A stretch of DNA of 64,000 nucleotides, taken from positions 1,483 to 65,482 of the IMG/VR virus record IMGVR_UViG_3300037808_001421; one strand, 5' to 3'. The DNA is from a virus. Taxonomy: Duplodnaviria > Caudoviricetes. The position numbers were made by a program, and so were the translations under genes. Shown here one piece after another: positions 1 through 7,122 of the stretch. Within the stretch, counting starts at the first letter, position 1, and the number at the start of each line of letters is the position of its first letter. The notes under the pieces are model-generated. The model was not told the origin of the DNA, did not search any database, and worked only from the letters and a program-made list of their open reading frames with translations.

Positions 1-268
1 ACAAAGTGTTGTAGGTTGATGCCGCGTAGGTCGGGCCTGAACTGACGGTGGTGACCGTGAGCGCGCTTCCGCTTGCCGAAGGAAGCGCGGAGATTAGCGC
101 CCACTTCTTCGCCCACCCGTCAGCGCTGTCTTCCAACAATAGACGGTCACCTGCAACGACAGCGGCTTTCTGCGCCGCTTCGGCGTACTCCGCGTCTGTG
201 TCGGTACGGATGGACGGGCCTGCGGGGGAGGAATCGTCTACGTTTACACCGTCTTCAAAGATGGGCAT
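1..268 (-). CDS. Partial hypothetical protein (runs off the left end), possibly a virion fibre/structural protein
   Basis: ATG at 268 with GAGG upstream; open frame MPIFEDGVNVDDSSPAGPSIRTDTDAEY... to the window edge; not in the ORF track. Confidence 0.5.
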   Translation of the reverse strand, partial: MPIFEDGVNVDDSSPAGPSIRTDTDAEYAEAAQKAAVVAGDRLLLEDSADGWAKKWALISALPSASGSALTVTTVSSGPTYAASTYNTL

Positions 269-278
269 CTTGTAAACC

Positions 279-422
279 TCAGGTTGTTATTACAGGGGAT
301 ATGCAGGGCTCTGTGGTCTTGCCCATGAAGCCCTTCTCGCCGTCAGGCTTGAGCCCCACTCTCCCACCCGCCACTTTCGTGACGCTCTGCATCGTGAGGA
401 AAAATGAGCGGCCGCGGAGCAT
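279..422 (-). CDS. Small 47-aa ORF sharing its N-terminal leader with the upstream gene
   Basis: Manual translation MLRGRSFFLTMQSVTKVAGGRVGLKPDG...; matches GRSFFLDMLSITKVAG of 426-794. Confidence 0.5.
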   Translation of the reverse strand: MLRGRSFFLTMQSVTKVAGGRVGLKPDGEKGFMGKTTEPCISPVITT

Positions 423-425
423 GGT

Positions 426-794
426 CTAACGTCCCTGGTCGAAGATTAGCCGAGCTCGAGCTTCAACGGTAGTCCCCGCCGTGATGATCTCGATGCGGTC
501 GTCTGGCGTCAGCGCAGTGAAGATGGGCGCGTCGGTGAGCCGTACCGTGACTGCGGTGGTTGTGGCAGTGGACAACGTCATGAAGGTGCCGTCAGGCCAT
601 CTCTTGCGCACTGTCCAGGTCTTAGACCCTACGCCGAGGATGAGCTCGACCTCTACCAGCCATACATGACGCTGGCAATCCCTGATGATGGAGTTGTGCT
701 GCGCCGTGAACTCGGAGCCGTCGAACAAAGCACCGGCCACCTTGGTGATGCTCAGCATGTCGAGGAAGAATGATCTACCCGGTCCTATCGCCAT
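426..794 (-). CDS. Hypothetical protein, 122 aa, beta-rich, possible virion protein
   Basis: ORF track; tight gene packing; TKVAG motif near the N-terminus. Confidence 0.6.
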   Translation of the reverse strand: MAIGPGRSFFLDMLSITKVAGALFDGSEFTAQHNSIIRDCQRHVWLVEVELILGVGSKTWTVRKRWPDGTFMTLSTATTTAVTVRLTDAPIFTALTPDDRIEIITAGTTVEARARLIFDQGR

Positions 795-834
795 GGGTCA
801 CATTCTCCCACGGGGTGCTGCAGCATGGAACTGC

Positions 835-1332
835 TCACCACCAGGACCAGCGGTCGCTCCGGCCATGCATCCAACGGTCTCGAGGGATCTCTACAAGCTG
901 TCCTGCGGCCCTGCGGGCGTCCCTTTCGAACCAGTTGTCGTGGTACGCGTGCTTGTCCTTCTGGAAAAGGAAGATGAAGACTGAGTGGCTCACATACGCG
1001 ATGGGCTGCAGCAGTCCAAGGATGAAGATCTGAAGAGAGTGCCTGCCCTCGTGAACCATAGTCACTGTGTACCGAGGCTTCTCTTCGATGGTGTCCCTGA
1101 GAATAGAGGCGCCCATGACCGCGGCGCCGGCCCAGTCCTGCCACAGCTTCATGTACCAATGTGCCCAGCCGAACTCCTCCTCGCGGAGCTCGAAGAACAC
1201 CACGCCGTGCTGGAATTTGTAGAACCGAATCCATCCAGGGATCCAGGCGAAGAGGATGTACGCCCACGAGAAGAAGAGGGGCGTCAGCCAGTTGATGCAC
1301 ACGGCGATGAGAACCCATGTCAGCCAGTCCAT
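835..1332 (-). CDS. Membrane-anchored zincin-like metallopeptidase (HExxH)
   Basis: Hydrophobic N-terminus, HEGRH motif, downstream NWFERDA (third-ligand-like Glu); GGAG RBS. Confidence 0.65.
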   Translation of the reverse strand: MDWLTWVLIAVCINWLTPLFFSWAYILFAWIPGWIRFYKFQHGVVFFELREEEFGWAHWYMKLWQDWAGAAVMGASILRDTIEEKPRYTVTMVHEGRHSLQIFILGLLQPIAYVSHSVFIFLFQKDKHAYHDNWFERDARRAAGQLVEIPRDRWMHGRSDRWSWW

Positions 1333-1381
1333 GCTTACTCCAGTGGGGGCTAAGAAAAGGCGCCCCCGCGCCTGTGCAGCG

Positions 1382-1516
1382 CTACGCCTTTTGTGCCCGT
1401 CTGGACTTTACCACGTGGATCAGCTGATGAGCGAGACCCGAGAAGAAGGGCAGATGGTCCGCGATAGCGAACAGAAAGAAGAAGATGTCGTGCTGTGGGT
1501 TTCCGCAAAAATGCAT
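1382..1516 (-). CDS. Small hydrophobic 44-aa ORF
   Basis: Manual translation MHFCGNPQHDIFFLLFAIADHLPFFSGLAHQLIHVVKSRRAQKA; fills the intergenic gap. Confidence 0.35.
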   Translation of the reverse strand: MHFCGNPQHDIFFFLFAIADHLPFFSGLAHQLIHVVKSRRAQKA

Positions 1517-1522
1517 GGTGGT

Positions 1523-1547
1523 AAAGGGCCCCGGTTTCCCGGGGCCC
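1523..1547 (-). terminator. Intrinsic terminator closing the replication operon
   Basis: Minus strand GGGCCCCGG-GAAA-CCGGGGCCC-TTT: 9-bp GC stem, GNRA loop, short U tract. Confidence 0.75.
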
Positions 1548-1554
1548 CCTCCGT

Positions 1555-1707
1555 TTAGTGGGACTCGAACTGCAACTTCGCGATCAACTGTTCCCGAGAC
1601 AGGTCATGGTACCCAACACCTGCGGCATCGGCCAGCGCTTGCAGCTGGTCATCGTCCATGAGCTCGAGTTCGTCGGCGCCGCAAACCAGGTCCGGGCCCC
1701 AGATTAC
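1555..1707 (-). CDS. 50-codon -1 frame extension of 1704-2735, Rho-N/HeH-like helical domain
   Basis: Open -1 frame right after G GGA AAG: VIWGPDLVCGADELELMDDDQLQALADAAGVGYHDLSREQLIAKLQFESH. Confidence 0.55.
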   Translation of the reverse strand, partial: VIWGPDLVCGADELELMDDDQLQALADAAGVGYHDLSREQLIAKLQFESH

Positions 1708-2735
1708 TTTCCCTCGTCGTCACCATCTGCGTTGATGTAGTCCAGGATGTTCAGACCCTGCACGACGAGAGCTTCGCGGTCGTACTCGGTCTTGCCGTCT
1801 TCGTCCTCTTCCTCGGTGTCCGTGGTCTTGTTGATGAAGATGTCGTGCAGCAGCGTGACTGCCGTGACGGTCGTCTCCCTGTTCTCCGCAACCGCGGCCT
1901 TCAGGTCCTTGTTCTCCTTGCGGATGGCCTTCAGGTCCTTGATCACAGGCGCGAGCGCCCCTTCGACCGCGGCGGCCACGATGGCCTCGAGATCGACATG
2001 CCCTTGCCCATTGCTGGACTCAGGTTCGGGCTCGCTGGTCTTTGCCTTGGCGGGGGTACGTTTGGTACCCACGGATGGCTTGCCGACCTTGCCCGGTTTC
2101 GCGCCCGCCTTGCCAGGTGCCTTGGATGTTTTGCCGCCTTTGTTGATTGTAAGTTTTCCCACTGGTTTCGTTTCCTCTTTTGGTGCCCGTTTCGCAGGCA
2201 GTATCAGGTCTAGTTTGCGTTCCCGCCGGAGGATTTCACGCACACACTGGTTCGTCGACCAGAATATGACAGTGTCCACCGGAAGCTCGAACAGCCCCTC
2301 AGGATCGCATAAGTACTTCCGTAGAACGAGGGCTCGACGGGGCAATCGCTCACCACCGTCTTCGTCATCAGGCTCTTCCCAGCGGAGTTGGTACTCCCTC
2401 TGGTCTGCCGTCATCCCCTCGGTAATCATGCCGTGGAAGTCGGGTATCTCGACGTCCATCAGGTCCATGTCTTCATCCTTTCCTTTGAATCGATGCGCAA
2501 GCGCAATAGCTCGGATTACGCCCTGGCCGCAGGTCTCGTAGGCCCTGGCTCTTGAGAGCAGGTCTCGATGGGCAAGCTGTACGTAGTCTTCGCATTCGCG
2601 TGTTGTCGTAGCCGTGATCAGTTTGTCTGCATGGAATGTGCTGCCATCGACCACGTGAGCACAGCCGGTGAGCATTGCGCAGGTCTCACAGATGCGTTCG
2701 CTCAAAGCATCTGGTCCTTGTTGCGTGAGTAGCAA
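1704..2735 (-). CDS. Hypothetical protein, 343 aa (Cys-rich N-terminus, Lys/Pro linker, coiled coil, acidic end)
   Basis: ORF track; composition. Confidence 0.75.
   Translation of the reverse strand: MLLTQQGPDALSERICETCAMLTGCAHVVDGSTFHADKLITATTTRECEDYVQLAHRDLLSRARAYETCGQGVIRAIALAHRFKGKDEDMDLMDVEIPDFHGMITEGMTADQREYQLRWEEPDDEDGGERLPRRALVLRKYLCDPEGLFELPVDTVIFWSTNQCVREILRRERKLDLILPAKRAPKEETKPVGKLTINKGGKTSKAPGKAGAKPGKVGKPSVGTKRTPAKAKTSEPEPESSNGQGHVDLEAIVAAAVEGALAPVIKDLKAIRKENKDLKAAVAENRETTVTAVTLLHDIFINKTTDTEEEDEDGKTEYDREALVVQGLNILDYINADGDDEGK
1707..1713 (-). other. Putative -1 ribosomal frameshift slippery heptamer G GGA AAG
   Basis: In-frame X XXY YYZ heptamer directly before the TAA stop; same heptamer as lambda G-T. 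Confidence 0.6.
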
Positions 2736-3025
2736 AGCGCCGCTTGAACATCAGGGCAGCCTGGGCAGTTGGGGCAGCAATCTTTGGGTGCTTGCACCTG
2801 CAAACTCTTCCAGTATCTGCGAAGCCACTTCGATTGTTTGAGCTTGATGAGCTCCAGCGGGCTATGGACGCTTACTCCGCTAAGCGTCTGCAGTGCCTCG
2901 ATGAGTACTTCCCGGCTAATGGCCGCGGTGACTCCAGGCATCTCGAGCCGTTGCGCAATCGTCAACAGCTCAGTGTGGTTCATGAGCTCCCACTTGAGGC
3001 GGAAGCTCGGGTCGAACTTAGCCAC
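2702..3025 (-). CDS. Hypothetical protein with Rho-N-like helix pair and C-terminal Cys cluster
   Basis: ELMNHTELLTIAQRLEMPGVTAAISREVLIEAL; CCPNCPGCP; AAGGAG RBS. Confidence 0.65.
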   Translation of the reverse strand: MAKFDPSFRLKWELMNHTELLTIAQRLEMPGVTAAISREVLIEALQTLSGVSVHSPLELIKLKQSKWLRRYWKSLQVQAPKDCCPNCPGCPDVQAALCYSRNKDQML

Positions 3026-3494
3026 CTAAAAACTCCTTCGGGTCCAGTACGTACACCCTGACGGCTACAGACGCCACCTTGCCCAGCACCTTTCTCGCGA
3101 CGTTCTCAAATATCTGCGAGTCATTTGGAATGCCTAAGGCTGTAGTGAGCGCATCCTGTAGGAACTTGATTCTGTTATCCACATCAATGGTCTTGTACCG
3201 CCACTTCGACCCTGGTTTATTCAGGATGTTCGGGAAGCACAACGTGAGTTCCAGCCCGTAGATAACCTCGGGGCTGACAGGAAACTTGCTCGCACCGACG
3301 ATGTCCTGCGAGACGACGCGCTTCACGTGCTCCCTGTACTCAACCCCGGTCTTCTTCAAGAAGACGCGCTTACCTCGTTTGCCATACAGGTCATTGACGC
3401 TGGGCGGAAGCTCGAAGGTGTAGTTAACTTGGGAGCTTGATGCCTTTTCGCTTGGCTTTGGAGGGGACTTTGGTTTTCTTCGCAGGTTTAGCAC
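3018..3494 (-). CDS. rusA: RusA-like Holliday junction resolvase
   Basis: PPSVNDLY, DVDNRIKFLQDAL, NDSQI motifs. Confidence 0.85.
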   Translation of the reverse strand: MLNLRRKPKSPPKPSEKASSSQVNYTFELPPSVNDLYGKRGKRVFLKKTGVEYREHVKRVVSQDIVGASKFPVSPEVIYGLELTLCFPNILNKPGSKWRYKTIDVDNRIKFLQDALTTALGIPNDSQIFENVARKVLGKVASVAVRVYVLDPKEFLGG

Positions 3495-4158
3495 GCGTGG
3501 TACTCCGTTTGGTCGTGGTACTCCGTTGGATTCGCTGGGTCCTTGGCTTCTGGTTCTCTACACGACCACCAAACCCGCGACCTACAGAGTGTGCTTCAGC
3601 TTCTTGTCCGCGCATTGTGATCTCCCTGGAAATGGCCTCGAGGTCACGCTTGGCGATCTCTTGCATGGCCTTCATCAACTCCCAGGTAACCTTCAGCTCT
3701 TCGTAATGAGCGTTAGCTACGATGTACCGCATGTCCATGCGTGTACGGTCAGATGCCTTTTGGTCGTTCATCTTCTCAGTGTGCTTGTGGTGCTCACGAA
3801 CCATCGCCCAGAGCAGGCGCTCCTGCTGGCGAGCCTCGGTCTTTTCGACACCACTCTTCGCAGCTTCTTGTACGACGTAGGCGTGCCAGTTCGCTATCAG
3901 GAAGTAAAGGGCAGAGAGGTGATCGTACCCCAGCTTCTTCACTACAGTGGGCAGCCGCCCATCGAACTGGTCACCTGCGGACAGGTCTTCGAACAGACCC
4001 TCGTGCTCTTCTTGTAGCCGCGGCCTGGGCCGACGGATGAAGCCAGACTTCTGCCAGCGCTCTACTACTCGACCGGCGAACGAGTAAGCCTCTCGTCCGG
4101 ATTCTTCATCAGCGGCGAAGTTGTCTAATTCGCTTTGCAAATCGAGAGGGCTGGTCAT
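3424..4158 (-). CDS. Helical coiled-coil protein, possible UvsY-like recombination mediator
   Basis: Long helices ending in ISREIT; position in the recombination cluster; basic tail. Confidence 0.4.
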   Translation of the reverse strand: MTSPLDLQSELDNFAADEESGREAYSFAGRVVERWQKSGFIRRPRPRLQEEHEGLFEDLSAGDQFDGRLPTVVKKLGYDHLSALYFLIANWHAYVVQEAAKSGVEKTEARQQERLLWAMVREHHKHTEKMNDQKASDRTRMDMRYIVANAHYEELKVTWELMKAMQEIAKRDLEAISREITMRGQEAEAHSVGRGFGGRVENQKPRTQRIQRSTTTKRSTTRAKPAKKTKVPSKAKRKGIKLPS

Positions 4159-4942
4159 GCTTACTCCTTTGCCCCTGTGGGCAGCCGTGTTGGTACTGGC
4201 ACTGCTTGCAGTGCCAGCCGGGGGTAGCTACGGGTCGCTTCTTCTTTTCCGCAGCTTGTAGCACTGGTAGGATGGTCTTGTTCTGAAGGCTATCCCAAAT
4301 CTTCTGGTCGAACTCGACGACGTGCTCTTTGAGCTCGCTGGTGTTCTTACAGAAATACAGGATCAACCCAAAGGGTGAATCGTCCGTTGCCATGTAGCAG
4401 GTGAGCTGTCGGATGTTGTCGGGGAAGGGCTTGTTCTGAATCTTCTCCCAGCCGAAGCTGCCACCCTCCTTGATGCTTTTGATCTCCATGGTGAAGCGCA
4501 CTCGAGGGAAATCGAAGGCACCGTCCGCATGGCTTGAAATCTCAAGCTCACCGTTCTTGAGAGACTTCTCCGCCTCAAATTGTACGTCGTACATCGCCTC
4601 GAAGTGACCCTGCAACATGCCATGCATGGCGGTTCCGATGTCCCAGATGAGTATCGTCCGTCCATCGAAGTCTCGGTCAGGCTCAACCTCGCCAGTTAGC
4701 TCGAAGTACACCTTCAGTAAGCAGACGGTAGGCTTGGCAATCGTCGACGGGTGGATGCTTCCTTCTCGACTGGCGCCGTTGTACCCGACCTGGAACTGGA
4801 TGGTCACCTGCTCTCCTTTGGGAGAGTTCAACCATTGAAGGTAGTCGTAGAGGTCGTCTAGGACCGTGACCTGTTTCTTAGCCTCCTTTATCTCGGAGGG
4901 GCTGGCGTGCTGTAAATCGTAGATGGTACGAATCTCACCCAT
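4109..4942 (-). CDS. Cas4-like PD-(D/E)XK exonuclease
   Basis: IHPSTI..C, GTAMH, HADG, EIKS, QLTCY, C-terminal CKQCQYQHGC; start refined to ATG 4942. Confidence 0.85.
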   Translation of the reverse strand: MGEIRTIYDLQHASPSEIKEAKKQVTVLDDLYDYLQWLNSPKGEQVTIQFQVGYNGASREGSIHPSTIAKPTVCLLKVYFELTGEVEPDRDFDGRTILIWDIGTAMHGMLQGHFEAMYDVQFEAEKSLKNGELEISSHADGAFDFPRVRFTMEIKSIKEGGSFGWEKIQNKPFPDNIRQLTCYMATDDSPFGLILYFCKNTSELKEHVVEFDQKIWDSLQNKTILPVLQAAEKKKRPVATPGWHCKQCQYQHGCPQGQRSKHDQPSRFAKRIRQLRR

Positions 4943-5414
4943 TGAACAACGCCTCGAAGTGCCGGGAGTCCAGGACGACGAACCTCTTGTGCGGGAACAC
5001 ACCCTGGAACTCTACTTCCATGAAGGGAATCTCAGGGCCCTTCGCTTCGGATTCTATCTTCATCAACTCGTCCAGCTTGAGCTTGTACTCCTTGCTGCGC
5101 GTGAACTTGCACTCACCGCGGCGGTCTCCTTCTTTGTGTAGGTCACCTTTGGCGCGGGACTTGTTGCCTGAGCCAGGTTGTGTCCGCATGCCGTAGCGAG
5201 ATGCAGCCTTGCGCTCTTGCTCTTGGCTACGGCGCTGGTTGTCATTCTTCTTACGTAGCTTAGGTCTCTTGGGCTTCACAGCAGTGAATAGCTCACCGCA
5301 GTTTGGGCAAGTAACGACGTTGCTCTTACGTGCGAATAGCGCGTCCTGGTTGACGGTGATTGTCTTCGAGCAATCGGGACAATCCATCTCGAACGTGTTG
5401 TCAGACCCGCTCAC
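4935..5414 (-). CDS. Zn-ribbon fused to Hjc-like PD-(D/E)XK resolvase
   Basis: CPDC...CPNC, then QERKAA, PGSGN, KGD, ECK. Confidence 0.7.
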   Translation of the reverse strand: MSGSDNTFEMDCPDCSKTITVNQDALFARKSNVVTCPNCGELFTAVKPKRPKLRKKNDNQRRSQEQERKAASRYGMRTQPGSGNKSRAKGDLHKEGDRRGECKFTRSKEYKLKLDELMKIESEAKGPEIPFMEVEFQGVFPHKRFVVLDSRHFEALFNG

Positions 5415-6706
5415 GAATACCGTACCAATATCCCTGCTCGCTCAAGCGCTTGCTCACGAATGAGCTCCTGTGCCTCAGGGTGGTCAGCCACGAAGTTGCC
5501 GAAGTTCTCTTTGCCTTGGAACTGCTCACCTGCGAACTTGATCCAAGCACCGGACTGCTCAACGATGCCCATGTCGCAGGCAACCTGCACCATGTCGTCG
5601 TAGATGGATGCTCCGCCGAACCAAGTAGTCTCGTGGTCTCTCCAGAACACAGGCTCAACTTTGGGGAAGTGGTAGAAGTCGTACTTCCCATGCTTCCCAT
5701 CATGAGTACCTGCTTTGCCTTTGGTCAGATGGAACCGGACTAGCCGACCGATGGGGTCAGCCTTTGAGTCAGGACGTATCTGAGCACCACGAGTGAGCTC
5801 GAGGCTCGCCAAGCAGGCATGCTTCCAAGCGAACGCACCCAGCGCACCCTTGGTATTGGGGTCATACTTGGTGCCGCCGATGTTGGCCCTGGCCTGGTTG
5901 ATGCCGAGAAGCGTTGTCTCCAGCATCGTACCGTCAGGTCGGTCCATCATGAACAGCGGATAGGCCATGTTCTGATACGTGGTCACGACACCTGCAGGGC
6001 CGCCGTAGTGCCTGTCACTGACGTCACCTTCTTCGACCATCTTGGTCAGGAACGCGCCCAAGGACTCGATGATAATCAGCTGGAATAGCCCAGCCCTCAG
6101 TGCAGACAGCACGATCTCGAGCCCTGTGTCCGCGGTGTCCGCAGTAAGGATAACGACGTCACCGATCTGGTGCTTCAGGTCTGCTATGTCCTCGGGGCTG
6201 AACGGGTCCATGCCTCGCTTCTGTCGGACCTCATCCATCTCAGCAATCTCATGGTCGCTGTACGCAATGCAGAAGCTGCACATTCGGGCGAAGCTCTTGT
6301 CGGGGCGGATCTCTGTAGAGAACACGAGGATGCGCGAAGCATCTCCGTAGTGCTTTTGAACCTGCCCTGCGGTGAGATTGGCGAAGTAGGTCTTACCGAC
6401 CGACTCTTCACCTCGGACTTCTACAGTTCCGCCGGCATGCCAGCCTCCGCCCAGCGCGAGGTCTGCGCTTAGAATGCCTGTAGACCTGCGCAGTATGAAC
6501 GGAGTCTTGGCCTCCGATGCCAGCACCACCTGCGCTCTTCCAGAGTGCGCTTTGGCTTCTTGTGCAAGCCATTGGCTCGTTGTGAGGTTAGCTAGAGCTC
6601 CTGCTTTCTTGGTGGGAGCCTTCTTCTTGACGGCCGTCTTCTTTTTTCGGGAAGGGGCCTTCTTGGTTGTCGCTTTCTTAGTCGCTGCCTTCTTCTTCGC
6701 TGCCAT
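5411..6706 (-). CDS. recA: RecA/UvsX recombinase with Lys/Ala-rich N-terminal extension
   Basis: STGILSADLALGGG, Walker A GEESVGKT, INQAR, GIVEQSGAW, QGKEN. Confidence 0.92.
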   Translation of the reverse strand: MAAKKKAATKKATTKKAPSRKKKTAVKKKAPTKKAGALANLTTSQWLAQEAKAHSGRAQVVLASEAKTPFILRRSTGILSADLALGGGWHAGGTVEVRGEESVGKTYFANLTAGQVQKHYGDASRILVFSTEIRPDKSFARMCSFCIAYSDHEIAEMDEVRQKRGMDPFSPEDIADLKHQIGDVVILTADTADTGLEIVLSALRAGLFQLIIIESLGAFLTKMVEEGDVSDRHYGGPAGVVTTYQNMAYPLFMMDRPDGTMLETTLLGINQARANIGGTKYDPNTKGALGAFAWKHACLASLELTRGAQIRPDSKADPIGRLVRFHLTKGKAGTHDGKHGKYDFYHFPKVEPVFWRDHETTWFGGASIYDDMVQVACDMGIVEQSGAWIKFAGEQFQGKENFGNFVADHPEAQELIREQALERAGILVRYS

Positions 6707-6857
6707 GGGCCCTCTTCTCAAAAGGTTTCGTCCCATGGGTGGGGCAGGCCCGACCGCTGTCGAGCACCTCCTTGCACCACGGGCACCTGTCATCGCTAGT
6801 CTCGCTAGCTTGTTTCGTCATTTCGTCGTCCAAGGCGACGCCGTACTTCTCCATCAT
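6678..6857 (-). CDS. Small 59-aa zinc-finger protein (missed by ORF track)
   Basis: AAGGAG RBS; MMEKYGVALDDEMTKQASETSDDRCPWCKEVLDSGRACPTHGTKPFEK...; CxxC...CxxH. Confidence 0.7.
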   Translation of the reverse strand: MMEKYGVALDDEMTKQASETSDDRCPWCKEVLDSGRACPTHGTKPFEKRAHGSEEEGSD

Positions 6858-7122
6858 GGGGACTCCTTAGCTTGGTAGAGGGCCTGAACTTCAGGATCAG
6901 GCGCCGCTCCAGCATACGTGCTTTGCCTCCTCCTGGGGGCTTATTCATGCGCGGTGCCGCCACCTGCCATTTGAGAGTCCCAACCCCTCGAAGTTTGACG
7001 GTTTCCCCGTCCAGCAGTGCGCCCTGGACTTCATCCAGGAAAGTGACACAGACTGCCCTTGCTTCGTCCTCGTTGTACCCAAGCTGCGTTGCAACCCTGG
7101 CTGCGAGTTCTTTGACGTTCAT
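6805..7122 (-). CDS. HU/IHF-family DNA-binding protein
   Basis: MNVKELAARVA, GETVKLRGVGTL, LKFRPSTKL. Confidence 0.9.
   Translation of the reverse strand: MNVKELAARVATQLGYNEDEARAVCVTFLDEVQGALLDGETVKLRGVGTLKWQVAAPRMNKPPGGGKARMLERRLILKFRPSTKLRSPHDGEVRRRLGRRNDETS

Noticed and set aside
1382-1397. GGCACAAAAGGCGTAG as another class-1 promoter copy
   Set aside because: Only 12/16 match, lacks the AAA at the right spacing, and coincides with the end of a small ORF.
4109-4942. Cas4-like gene as evidence of a CRISPR-Cas system
   Set aside because: No repeat-spacer array or other cas genes seen; solo Cas4-like nucleases are common in phage recombination modules.
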